Source: Lingula anatina (Eukaryota; Animalia; Brachiopoda). Taken from it: DNA of 64,000 nucleotides. Under the pieces are notes generated by a model. That model had not been told where the DNA came from, made no database searches, and worked only from the letters and a program-made list of their open reading frames with translations. Of the stretch, positions 12,701 through 25,346 are shown one piece after another. Location: assembly GCA_051362555.1 (NCBI GenBank), contig CM120644.1, positions 20,916,534 through 20,980,533 on the forward strand, in the 5' to 3' direction. The first letter of the stretch is position 1. Each line of letters opens with the position of its first letter. The position numbers and the translations under genes were made by a program.

Positions 12701-15700
12701 CCGGAGTTGAGTAGCGGCGTATTTACATTAATTTCAATTACAAAAAAAGCTTGTCCAGGCACTGAAATACGTATTCCTTTTTACAACCATCTGCGCTCAA
12801 CGTGGCTTTCTGTGACATCAAAGAGACTTATATATATTTACTCTTTTCCGTTGTAAACTAACAACTAAGAAGTCTTGACAACTTTTCAATGTTTTCCCTT
12901 ATTTTCTCCTGACAACGAATAAAAAACCTTCGATTATCGACCTTTAAGCTAATAAAAGTTTAAATGTTTTTCTAAAAAATTCAGAGTTCAAAATTGAAAG
13001 GGATGTTTCTTTTTCAAATAAAATCTATACAGTTTGATCGATCAATAGGTGTATTGAAGTCTTTCCTCACCCAATATCTTGTTGCTACTAGACCCACATT
13101 ATCATAGAGTGAGGCCGCTGTTGTAATATGGAGTAATGTTAAACAAATTTCTTCTCCAAGTCATTCCTTTAGACTTCAACAGGATTTTGGTTACTGCAGT
13201 CCATTTTATTGAGCATGCTAGCATGCGCTTATTTCCTTTAAGGCCCTTCTCACTTCGCGCATTACTCTTTGTATGGAAGCACTTTTAAGCCATTTAAGGG
13301 TACAGATTTTTACTGTGGTATTTGCAAAGGAATTATCCACAATAATTTACCTGTATATTTTTTTCTTATCCAGAATCAATGTCTTTAGCTGGTACATGTA
13401 TGTGTCCCATGGTAACTGTACATTCACTGTCCATATGTAAACATTCAGTCAGGAAAGTGTCTATGTAAACGGGACCAGAATTTATTATTAGGAGCAATAT
13501 ATTCTTCTGTGGTGAAATGCGTTCTTAAGACTAGCATACATGTACGTGCTAAGTGAAGAAGTACACATAAACTAATAGATGCAGAATTTTTTTTTTTTTT
13601 TTGGGGGGGGGGGAGGTCACACAGATGTAATGTATTCTTTGGCGGGGTCATTGAGAGAACTTTAACACTAGATGTCCACAGACATTTCTCTATTTATTTC
13701 ATTAGCTGTGCCCATTTCTGTTATGTGCTCACCTTCTGCATCATCATCCAGTCACCCTTGGTATATTACAGATCTTAATAGGAATTAACTACAGCTTATG
13801 AATACCTCACGAATATTAGAATCTAGTTAAGAGAAATTTAGTATCTGCCGAATACACCCCAAAGCATCTACGATTCTGGTACGATTATAAATGTAATCTT
13901 GACCTTTCTTGAAATTTCATGGAATGTTCCCTCAAGACAGGTATAACCTCCCCCCCCTTTACAGAATCGTAGTCAAATGGTAGTCAATTGAATGCTTCAC
14001 GCTTCCCAGATTAAGGTAAGATTACATCTAAGAATGTACTACATATTTGTTAATAATTAACAAAGATTTTTTCTGCATTCGGGAGTTCGGAGCCAAAATT
14101 CTGAACAGCTCAAAAGTTTGAGATCAAAAATTTCACGATCTCTCAAAAATTGAAAGAACGGACTGAAAATAAATAAGAATCAGTTAAGAGGTTCAAGAAT
14201 TTATCTCGCTTTTAAACGAAGCACCATGGGAATTAATTCCTGGCGGTTCACGGAATTCCTTATCTGTGTGGAATACGGGCATTTTCAATTCCGCCTTTAA
14301 AAGCGATTCAAACCCCTCAAATAGTACAATGTAGTAACTGGTGTCGATATTCCCTCCTATCATGGCTATCATGGCTCCACCCTGCCATGTGCATTTTTTA
14401 AACGCTGATAATATACCGTTAACTTAAAGTGAAATGAACTTTTAATATGAGATTGAAAATTACACGATAAATACATTGTTACATGTAACAACAATGAATT
14501 CCATCTTACCACCTAAACGACGGTTATCGCAATTATTCTGAAATCTGTGCTTGCTGATTGCTCTACCACGTGGACCTTTATAATGGCTACCCCCGTTTTA
14601 ATCTGTTAAGAGTTTTAAGAGATTATTACAAAAAGCACACTAAAAAAGAAAAACAATCGATTTCTTCTGAATGTCGCAACCGATTCAATAACTATTTGTA
14701 ACTATAGGAAAATCTTCGTTTAACCTGGGCAAATCCATTTCATGGCACTTTTCCAGCCAAAGTGAAGATTGTTACCCCTTTAAGTTGATACAAAACGTCA
14801 AGTCTAAGCACATTGACGAGTTTAGAAACGATTCGTGAACAGGAAAAGATGTTTTTTTTTTCTATAGAAAAAATTATTTTCGCGCAAATGCCATGTGAAA
14901 AGTACCAAATTAATTTATTACACTATTTAATGTAAATTTTAAATGTGACTTGGACTTTTGGATATTGGTCGTTTTATAGACATAACTACACAGAGATTTT
15001 CATTTTAAACTTTGTATGAATATGATAATAAATTATTACCTTATCTTTAACTGCTGGCTACCTGTACAGGAAAGGGGTTTATTTAGCCCATCAAAAGCAA
15101 TGTTTTAGGCATCATTTTGGATAAAGCCATTGGTGTTTTTCAGAAATCAATAGCACTTTAGGACACTTCCCGGCCACTTGTATTATAAGTATCCAACTGC
15201 AAAAAAAGTCGTAATTACACACATTGCATTATAACTAAGAAGAAACGAGTGTAACAAGGATAAAAGATATTTTGCATTAGATATGCAGATACTGTATTCA
15301 TAAAGGCCCAGAAAAGTCTGCTAAGCATGTTTTACCATCTTTAATTAAGTTTAACTTAAATAATAAACCACGCCCCCTTTCTGCGCCCATCATTTATTTG
15401 TTAACAAGAATATAAACTGATCAAATCTTGCAGGACAGACGCACTACAGGCGCGTTCCATACTTTAAAAAAACATGACAGCTCGCGTGTCTAACCGCTGT
15501 CGTATGAAATAAATCATAAAAACGAGGTACCCCATTACACTTTATGTATGTTCTAAGCGACACTTGTCACGCTACAGTTGCGTCAGTGAGCAACATTAAG
15601 TCTAAAGAAGAGTGTTAATATGAACGCATAATCTATTGCAAGTAAAGATAAAGGGCACGGTTTGTGTGCAGTCACTTATCAAGCGTTCCACGTTTTGTTC

Positions 15701-16070
15701 CCTTTCTCGATAACCTTGTCAATTGAGGGAAGACACCTGCGCGACATTAACGTGTTGCTACGCTGCCACTGGCACTCCTAGTGTGCTAGTCTAGTTGGGG
15801 AGACTTTTTTGTTTCATAACTGTGCCTTCAGTTTCTTTATAGTTTGGTGATAACATGAAAAGAGCTTGAGATAAGCCTATGCTGTATTATGTTTTTGGTT
15901 TATATTGCCTTTTTATGTACAGACACAAATATGTCTGTACATACAGCCGTCGCCTGTCTGTCGTCGTCGTCACTTTCAGTGTTATACAAATAAAATGAAA
16001 ACAGTTTTACCTTTGTCTTCAAACATACGGAACTGATGAATATTCATGACCATTTTTCCAAATGTTATGC

Positions 16071-16101
<31 letters not shown>

Positions 16102-19100
16102 TTTTTCAGCATATTTTATCCAACGTTATACGAATAAAGTGAACACGGTTTTACCCATTGTCTTCAAACTTACAGGACTGATGAATATTTATGAAATACA
16201 GGTTTGAAAATCAGCCTGATCAGACCATTTTTCCCAAAGTTATGCTGTTTTTCGCTTTTTTCAGCATATTTTATCCACCGTTATACAAATAAAATGAAAA
16301 CTGAAACTTGCAGAACTGATGAAAATTTATGAACCATTTTAAGAAGTGAGGCTTTTTTATTTTTTATTTATTTATTTACTTATTCTTTGCTTTTTTCGGC
16401 ATATTTTATCCACCGTTATACAAATAAAATGAAAACTGAAACTTGCAGAACTGATGAAAATTTATGAACCATTTTAAGAAGTGAGGCTTTTTTATTTTTT
16501 ATTTATTTATTTACTTATTCTTTGCTTTTTTCGGCATATTTTATCCACCGTTATACAAATAAAATGAAAACGTTTTAACTTTTCTTCAAACTAACAGAAT
16601 TTAAAAAATTCATGCAGTACAGGTCAAGGTCGAAAATCAGCCTGATCAGTCTATTTTTTCAAAGTTATGCTTTTTTTCGCAATTTTCAGCATGTTTGAGC
16701 ACACTGTTTTACAAATAAAATGGAAACGGTTTTATCCTTTGTCTTCAAACTTACAGCACTGATGAATATTTTTATGAAATACAGGTCAAGTTCGAAAATC
16801 AGCTTGATCCGACCATTTTTCCAAAAGTTATGCTGTTTTTTGCTTTTTTCAACATATTTCATCCACCGTTATACAAATAAAATGAAAACTGTTATAGTCT
16901 TTATCTTCAAACTTACAGAACTAATGAATATTCTACAGGTCAAGTTCTGATCGGCCCATTTTTCCAAAAGTTTTTTTTTCAGCATATTACAGCATACCGT
17001 TAAATTAAAGAAAACTATGTTATATTTTGCCTTGAAACTTGCAGGACTGATTCAAAGGTCTGATATATGGGTCAAGTTCGAAAATGAGCTTGATTTGTTT
17101 ATTTTGGTTGAAGTTATGCTGTTTTTTTTTTTTTTTGTTTTATTTATTTATTTATTTATTTTTTTTTTTTTTGTATATAATGTGTTCGCATCAGATTCAA
17201 TTCTTAGGCATGTTAACAGTCTCAGCCAATGCTACCATTACAAGTGCTCTAAAAGGAAAACTGTGTTACTTATGATTTTGTAATTTACAAGAATGATCGA
17301 CATACTGCTCAAATTGGCAAACCAGCTTGACTGGATCATTTTTCTCTCTTGTTGTCTGTACTTTTGACAGCTTTGCTGCCTTGTTACATAATGTGGTATA
17401 TTATGGTCAGCGTGTTAGAGAACAAAGTATTGAACCAGACAGCATTTTAAGCCCAGCAACCAGTTCCGCGGGAATTTTTGGGCCAAACGTTGGTCTTTAG
17501 GATATTGTAACTCTTTATATTACCATACCAGTCCCTGTATCTATTTATTCAATAATACATCTATCTTTGTGCTGCTTTAAAACAATAAAAAACTCGAAAA
17601 TATAAAATATCGACGTTTATATTTCTCGTTGCAATGTATGAGTATAGGCAAATTTTAATCGTCAGTTTAACACCTTTCTATTTTGAGGTGAGATAGCAAT
17701 CGGTATGGGGCGTAACTTCATCCTTGAGCACGATTTTAAGGATATTGTAACCCTTTATTATCTTCCATATACCGAAAATGATTTTTTTCCTGCATCTTAT
17801 TATTCCATAATGCATCTGTCTTCGTGCTGATTTAAAACAGTGAAAAAACGTCGAAAATATAAAATATCGTCATTTTTGTTTAAATGTTTTTGTTATGGAG
17901 TACTGAGCCCCTAATTACAGATTTTTAGTAAACAAAGGACTTGTTTTGTTTTATCAGCGATAAATTCTGAACTAAAACTTTTAAGAAAAATTGCTGGCAC
18001 GGTTTTGGAGTACTAAATGGTGTCGTTAAATAGGCGTTGAAACGGTGATCGTGGGTGCTCAAGTAAAATAGAAATTTGAGAAACCGGTTTTTCAGTTTTG
18101 CCCCAAAATCGCAATTATGACGTCACCCGTAAGATGACATATGTGTAAATGTTAATTAACTTAGTCACTGAACACTAAAGATTTATATATTACTCAAAAG
18201 AATGTATGTAGGTCAGTAAATAAGGAGTTTTGTGCGAAGGGTGACAATATCCTTAACTTTTCATGTCATTCTTCTTTGAAACAAAAATTCACCATAATGT
18301 GTAGTTTCATGTTGGGAAATCGATCTCGTAAGTCTGTAAGTTTTGTAAGTTTACTTGTAAGTTTTTTTCTCATAAAAGAGAGAGAGAGGGAGGGAGAGGA
18401 TTGCATACAAGATTCGTGTACATCTGTATGTTCTTCCAATAACAAAAATTGAACGGACTTTGCAATCTGGTGACCGGATATTTTATAAATACGCGCCTTA
18501 AGCCCCTCCCCCTCACATTTTCTTAAAGCGAGGGAAAACTGGAACAAAGTAAAGATCATATCATACAAATTCTTAACGGGCGTTAAAATACTATTCCTTA
18601 TGCAAGAAAACACATGCTCCAGCATAGTACAAGGAAAGGGCGATCAAACTATCTGCTTCCAAAGTCAGCCGTAATATAAATTCAATTGTTTCACTAAGCG
18701 GTGGTCATAGATCATGTCACACCCGCCTGCAGGGTTCAATATTTGATCTTCATTGGAAAGTAGTTTATTACATCAAATCCAAATGTAGCACAACGTAATT
18801 TCTAATCTTTTTATGATCGTTTCTGCACATGAGAAATGAAGAGTATATCGAAATGCTTGCAGCCATGTTCACAATGTGGGAAATTCTTTTTGCTGGCTTT
18901 AGCTTTTTCTGGCATTTTTTTTTTCAGAGAGTATAATTAAAATGTTAAAAATACTTCTTTAACCGAGCAAATCATTGTGGAATGAAAACCATTTACCATA
19001 CTTAAGTGCCGTACGAATAAAGAAATAGGGTGCAGACACCTCCGACAAGTGTAAGAGGTCAGGTAAATTAAAATTTTATCTTTTTAAGCACTGACCAGAT

Positions 19101-22100
19101 CATCAACCAATGTCTTTTTCTCAGTAATTTGACGGGATGACAACTCTTCATTTTGGTGGAAAAAGTGCCATGAACGGGTTATCCTGGGTAAACGACAATT
19201 CCCCCGTACTTTCCAATGGTTATAATGAATCCTTTCCGACATTCAAAATTATGCCTTTGTTTTTTATGATAATTTTTTTGTTATAATCTCTTAAGAGATT
19301 ATATTGTAAAGGCCCTGTTATGGCTTATATCTCCGGCGAATGAAGAAATTTACATACACGCATACAAACGCAAGGGCTTCGTTTGTATACGTTTCGCGTA
19401 TGTAGGTAAACGTTGGTGTACGCTCGCATACATAGAGGGAGATATTTTTAGAATAATTTTCAGCGTATACGAGCGTTTGAGTGGTATGTTACCCATACGT
19501 TAGGGATACGGTAGGCATACGGTAGAATGACGTTAAAATTGTGATAAAGTACTTTTCTCATACGGTGATGCACAAGTAACGCGTTGATGCATCATTAACG
19601 CAGTGCCCGCGAACGAATAACGTGTTGAACGTATCTGTAACGATCGATTAGCGTGTTAAGCGTATGTCTAACGCTTGATTGGTGTTGGAAAACTTATCCC
19701 AACGCTTTGTAATCTGTGGTATAAATATACTATTATTTCACTTAACCATCATAGCTTTATCAGTTGGAGTGGATGGGGGTAGCTCGTTTACAACACCGAT
19801 TGAATCTGATGCAGTTCGCAGTCCACTAACTATTGTTATGATTTAACACAAAAATGAACTTTATTAAAGAGTTGCTAAAACCACAAATGAACTGTATTTC
19901 GTATAAGTGTCAATATTATAACCTAAACGTTACCCAAACGGACCCAAAAATGTGGCACTGTCACACTATAGCATATTGCACTAACTTATGAAAACGCAGA
20001 CAAACTTTTTGGTTATTTTGCATACGCATGTAACGTTGCTGTACGCTTACTTTCGCAGAAAGAAAAGAATTTTGAATATGTTCAAAAATGTTCAGCGTTA
20101 AAGTCCTACAACATCATACGACGTATAAGCAATACTGACGCTAAGCATACGTAACAGCTACGCCTCCAATATAGTGGTTTGATATACGCAGTGTATATAT
20201 AGTGTAAATGCAACGCAACACTGACGAACTAGTAACGTATGGGACGTATGTCTGCCGTATATTTACATATCCTTTGCCTGTATTAGCCGAACGCATTTTG
20301 CATTCACCTAACGCATGGTAACCGTATGACAAACGAATCCTATTTTCATTTGTGGTAAAATAAGGGTTCAATTTGCGAATTTTTAGCACAGCCTCCCCAG
20401 ATGGAAAGGAGACGTAGATATTTTCTACCACCAGTTGGATTGGATTCAGTAAGCACTTGATAATTTTCAACAAAACGCTACCCATTCATTACTCATACTC
20501 TCATGTGCGTTAAGCATACGCTTAAATACTGACGCTAAGCATACATAACGCTCATATACGTTACTCAAACGTGATGTACGGTACTCATGCGTTACTCATA
20601 ACGGTTTATATATCCGTGCATATACGTTACACATACGATGAACCACCTTTTAATGGCCCTATCACACCTTGACGATTTCTCCAGCGTATGCCCGACGAGA
20701 TCATTTTGATGGCATACGTTGAACTATGGCATACATAGAACGTTTTTATTACTTATAGACAACTTATACCAAGCGTGTTGCCGGCGTTCACAACTTATGC
20801 CCAACGCCAGTTTAACTTATGCATACCGCACTGCAGCGTATGGCCGACGATCACGTGCCGTAGCCTATAAAAAGGCTGCCACTTGATGACTCAAATCATA
20901 ACCTCACTAGACATCGCAGTCATGCCGCAGTCAACATCACTGTCATGCCGAACCCCTTTTTTATACCCCAATTCCCCTAAACGCTGCCAACACGCCATCA
21001 TACGGTAGCTCAACGTTAGCACCACGTTCAGTAAGTTCTGGGGTTGTTCGGAACGCGTCAAATACGTCTAAATATGTCAATGTGCGTAGGAGGTAATTTC
21101 GATATAAGTTACACATAGGTTCAAAGCACGTTAATCATAGGTTGAACAAACGTCTTGGGTACGCTTGATATTATCTTGACGTATTACGACTTGTGAGTAA
21201 CTTACACATAACGTGTGTGAACGGGCGTCAACGATTGCATAACTTATTGCCCGCGTATGCGGGACGTATGAATCATACGTTGACATACGTCGAAAAGTTT
21301 TGTGCATGCACAAAATTTTTGGACTACATGGACGTACTACGACGTATGCCGGCGTGCTTCAGCGTGCTCTTAACATATACAAAACTTACCCATAACTTAT
21401 TCGACGCCAGCGTATTGGCCAATTTTTTCATACGTTCGCTTGCTAAATCGTCAAGGTGTGACAGGGCCATAAGTAAGAGTAATTAAAATGACTCATACGG
21501 TTTTCAGATGCACGTTATACGGTTTTAATACGCTTCCAATACGCTATTCAACGCTGCTAAAACGTTATTTTTCATACGCTGGAAAAGGGTGGTTTTTTAC
21601 ACTCAAAATTGTGCCAATTTGATGCTGACTTGGCAGTTAAGCATAATGTATTATTACATCAGTATTGACAGTAGCCTATTTTGTGCATCATTATTTTCTT
21701 CCTTTTGTCTATGCATTTGACAACTTTGCTGCCTTGTTATTTATTTACTTTTATTCCTTTTTCTGAAGCCATTTTACAGCCACCCGAAATATCATCCCTT
21801 GATTAGACAGTATCTTGTATTGAAAAGGATCCTTTGAAGGAAAAATAGCAATAATAATAGATTTAAAAACTTATTCTTACCACTATTAATGCAAAATGTG
21901 TTTTAATATTTTTGGATCTGACAGCGAATTTGTTCAAGTTAGTCACAAATTCCTTACACTTACTCTTTATAACTATGCTGAATTCCAAATATCTTAAGAA
22001 TACTAAGTATTTTTTTACATTTCTCCTCACTTGCCTATGTGGAGTTTTAGATATTATTTAAATATATGTCAGACATGTTCTTTGTACTTGCCTGGAGCCA

Positions 22101-25100
22101 GGTATGCTGCGGTGTGTGTTCTTGACTCTTTCCCTTGTCATTAACACACAGATCTGGAACCCACAGTACTTAGTTTCATATCAGGCGTGGTCTAGAACAC
22201 ACCTTTGTGGCATTAAACCAGCAATTATATGAAGCGAAAAAAACAAACAAAAATGTAGGCATACCCGGAGATAGGCCAGGTCTCTCTGTGCCTGGAAGCG
22301 CGGGGGAGCACAAATGAACTTTCCATATGGTACATGTATACATTTGTCACTTAACGCTTTAGGAAGTATGATGTTTCATGCTTAACCAAAAGGAAACAGA
22401 CAACTTTTTGGCAAAAGGTAAAAATACTTCATTTTGTGTTGGCTAAAATTAGTAGTAATTTTGACCTGGGGCTCAAGTTTGAACATGAAGGATATGTATG
22501 GCGTGACAAGAGGAATGTGAATTCTACACAACCAGTTTTAACAATAGACTACAATTCGGAATGTGAAGTCATCGGAGTTCCTAACTCTGCTCTCTGACTT
22601 CAGCGTTCGTATTTCTTCAACGAAAGGTTTCGATAATTACGCTTCATTTTCATATACTTCGCGTTCAATCATTTAATTGAGGAAATGTAGCCGGACACCC
22701 GAATGCAGGTTAAAGACCTGTACGTTTGAATAAGAAATATAATGTTTGCTCCACGTAGATTTCGTCATTACTTACATCTAGCGGTATACTTTCAACAGAG
22801 GTGCATTTTGAAAAATTAACAACTTTATACCCTGAATATTACCGGAAAAGAGTTCCTAAAAGACCCTGACACGGCCAATTGATTTTTTACTCATTTGTTG
22901 TATCCCCCGAAACTTGGCCTCTAATGCATCTAACCACTTTTAAGTTATTACGTATGAAGTCAAATGTTTGCCACCAAACCCGACCAAAGCCCATAATATA
23001 CATGTTGTTTCGAATATCATAACTTGAAGAAATACCAAAGGGCATCGTCTCATACTTCCCGAAAACGATATTTGAACAGATATATTCTGTTTTTATGCTG
23101 CGCTTTATCCTTCGGTCACCACTCATTTCAGTATTTGTGTTCTTGCACGCGAAGCAGAAATTTGAAGAAGGATTAGCGCCCCCCCTCCTTTTTTTTTTGG
23201 CTGGCCTAGTGTTTAATTCGGTTAATCTTTTGGCATGTGGGCTTTATTTGAGTCGTACATGTGCAAGAAACTAGTATATGCTTGCTTCATATGTAATTTT
23301 AAGTAAAGCTTGCTTCATATGTAATTTTAAGTAAAGATTCACTGCATATGCGTGCGGCCAACTTTTAGTTAATAACAATCATAGTAATAAAATTAACTAT
23401 CGAGTCTAAAATCCAATTTGTTCAGTAGACTTTTCTATAAAAAGTGAAAGACAACTAATCATTCAACTATTTCACTTTTAGCACCGCGAGCCTTAGGCGT
23501 CAACGACTCTAGGGCCATCTACTTTACCTTCCAACCACAAGTGGTGAACTCCAAGATAGTCAGATCTCATCTGTGGGTTTACACCCTCCCCACTGCAGTG
23601 GCACATCATCAAGATCTCTATCTGCTCGTATATAAACTTCTCCCGCCAGAGATTCCCGGGGCACCTGTCGCTAAAGTTCGCATAGGCACCAAGAAGTTCA
23701 CCCCGCTCCGTAGCACAGGCACCTGGGTTCATTTAGACGTTAAACGTACCATTCAGTCCTGGGTTAGAAACCCCACCACCAACTATGGACTGATGGTAGA
23801 GGCTGTCGACAATCTGGGGAAAATATTGCCCGTTACGCAGCCCGATGATGATGAAGAGAAAGCTTACGTGAGTTCATTTTAATTGGAAGTGACGTGTGAG
23901 ATCACACTGTGACATCACAGACCCATACCCAACAATTATGACGTGTGAGATCACACTGTGACATCACAGACCCATACCCAACAATTATGACGTGTGAGAT
24001 CACACTGTGACATCACAGACCCATACCCAACAATTATGACGTGTGAGATCACACTGTGACATCACAGACCCATACCCAACAATTATGACTTGTGAGATCA
24101 CACTGTGGCATCACAGACCCATACCCAACAATTATGACGTGTGAGATAACACTGTGACATCACAGACCCATACCCAACAATTATGACTTGTGAGATCACA
24201 CTGTGACATCACGGACCCATACCCAACAATTATGACTTGTGAGATCACACTGTGACATCACAGACCCATACCCAACAATTATGACTTGTGAGATCACACT
24301 GTGACATCACAGACCCATACCCAACAATTATGACGTCCTAAATAAGGTCAGCTTCGTTGCTGACGGGTTTAGCGAAGTTGACTGTAAAGAGTGATGATTC
24401 CAAAATAATATAAATAATTTCTTACTTTCTTATCTGAAACCCAAATTACACATTTCCTGTAAGGTTTAGCCTTCCTCAGCGAAGCAAACTTCTCTGCATT
24501 TCAGCTGCCATTCATACAAGTCAGAATCCAGGAGCGAGGCCAAAACCGCAGACGCCGCATGTTAGGGCTGGAGTGCGACGAAACGTCCATGGAGGAAAGG
24601 TACTGCCTTGCTCTTGCACTCTCCACCGGTGACCACAGACAGATACACCAAGAGAATGTCTAAACAAATTCACTGTCAGATCCAACAATATCAAAACAAA
24701 TTTTGCATTTCTGATAATGTACCATTTAATTAGCTGTGCTCAACAGAAAAAAAAAACTTAAAATTTGACACAGGAAAAAGAAAAATCATCATTTTCACTG
24801 GGCGCATAAGATTTGAGTTCGCGTAGGCATTGATCTTCATATATTACCGCACAATTTGACTGAATGTTTTCCTTTTATATTCAAGGTGCTGTCGCTACCC
24901 CCTTGTTGTGGACTTTACACAGTTTGGTTGGGATTGGATCATAGCACCTAAGACTTACCGGGCCAACTATTGCTCTGGGGAGTGTCCCTACGTCTTCCAA
25001 CAGCGCTATCTTCACACACACGTGGTACAGCAAGCTAATCCCATGGGTTTCGCCGGGCCGTGTTGCACGCCGCTAAAATTGTCTCAGGTGTCTATGCTGT

Positions 25101-25174
25101 ATTTTGATGATTCCCAGAATATTGTGTATGGTGTATTGCCTGGAATGAAGGTGGAGAGATGTGGGTGCACTTAG
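9066..25174 (+). CDS. MSTN: Myostatin/GDF8-GDF11 family TGF-beta ligand, join(9066..9771,23482..23867,24505..24599,24886..25174), 491 aa
   Basis: Has a hydrophobic signal peptide, prodomain motifs CPHC...[15 protein letters not shown] and DDYHATT, a furin site RRRR, and a 109-aa mature domain with 9 Cys ([33 protein letters not shown]). All introns are GT-AG with phases 1, 0, 2, and the joined frame is open (1476 nt). Confidence 0.95.
10950..12327. repeat. 29-bp minisatellite in myostatin intron 1 (about 47 copies)
   Basis: Unit GTAGTGACACTGTAATGAGACAGATGGTT. Confidence 0.97.
15911..17385 (+). mobile_element. HINE/DINE-1-like non-autonomous Helentron (family A) with internal tandem repeats
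   Basis: T-run, then 5' fold-back TATGTACAGACA..TGTCTGTACATA (15914-15943), GTC/GTCT microsatellite and internal repeats of about 140-160 bp. The 3' end has subTIR TGTCTGTAC, hairpin GACAGCTTTGCTGCC and TTGTT. Confidence 0.8.
17500..17735 (+). mobile_element. partial left-end copy of the Kolobok-like MITE
   Basis: Begins GGATATTGTAAC; similar to the 17740 and 29580 copies. Confidence 0.65.
17740..18252 (+). mobile_element. Kolobok-like MITE, TTAA TSD
   Basis: TTAA|GGATATTGTAACCC ... GGGTGACAATATCC|TTAA. Purine (GG) termini with a TTAA TSD fit Kolobok rather than piggyBac. Confidence 0.8.
19310..21585. mobile_element. older PIF/Harbinger-like non-autonomous element (host of a nested insertion)
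   Basis: Left end TAA|AGGCCCTGTT; CATACG/CGTATG-rich subterminal motifs. The right side TTTTTCATACGCTGGA resembles the reverse complement of left CTCCGGCGAATGAAGAAA, but the outermost right TIR is missing. Confidence 0.5.
20654..21469. mobile_element. PIF/Harbinger (Tourist-like) MITE, TAA TSD
   Basis: TAA|TGGCCCTATCACACCTTGACGATTT ... AAATCGTCAAGGTGTGACAGGGCCA|TAA; TIRs match at 24 of 25 bp. Confidence 0.9.
23482..23867 (+). CDS. MSTN: myostatin-like exon 2 (prodomain)
   Basis: Acceptor TTTTAG|; encodes [22 protein letters not shown]; donor TAC|GTGAGT. Confidence 0.93.
23890..24336. repeat. 49-bp minisatellite in myostatin intron 2 (9 copies)
   Basis: Unit TGACGTGTGAGATCACACTGTGACATCACAGACCCATACCCAACAATTA. 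Confidence 0.97.
24505..24599 (+). CDS. MSTN: myostatin-like exon 3 (furin site and start of mature ligand)
   Basis: Acceptor TTTCAG|; encodes [31 protein letters not shown]; donor AG|GTACTG; phase 2. Confidence 0.92.
24886..25174 (+). CDS. MSTN: myostatin-like exon 4 (cystine-knot domain)
   Basis: Acceptor TTCAAG|; encodes (R)[22 protein letters not shown]...VERCGCT then TAG. Confidence 0.96.
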
Positions 25175-25304
25175 AGTCTTCATGAGGCTGAGGGCGAGGA
25201 ATAACGTCGCTATTTACTGTGACAGTCCTGACTGGAAAGACAGAAAACAGTCTAGGATATTTCTCTATTCTTAACGTCTAGCAACCTATATGTAGCTTGC
25301 TATT

Positions 25305-25306
<2 letters not shown>

Positions 25307-25345
<39 letters not shown>
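25307..25345. repeat. (AC)n microsatellite in myostatin 3' UTR
   Basis: Read directly from the sequence. Confidence 0.95.

Positions 25346-25346
<1 letters not shown>

Noticed and set aside
13750-14285. Possible TIR element ending ..TATCTGTGTGGAATACGGGC
   Set aside because: No convincing matching left TIR or TSD could be read.
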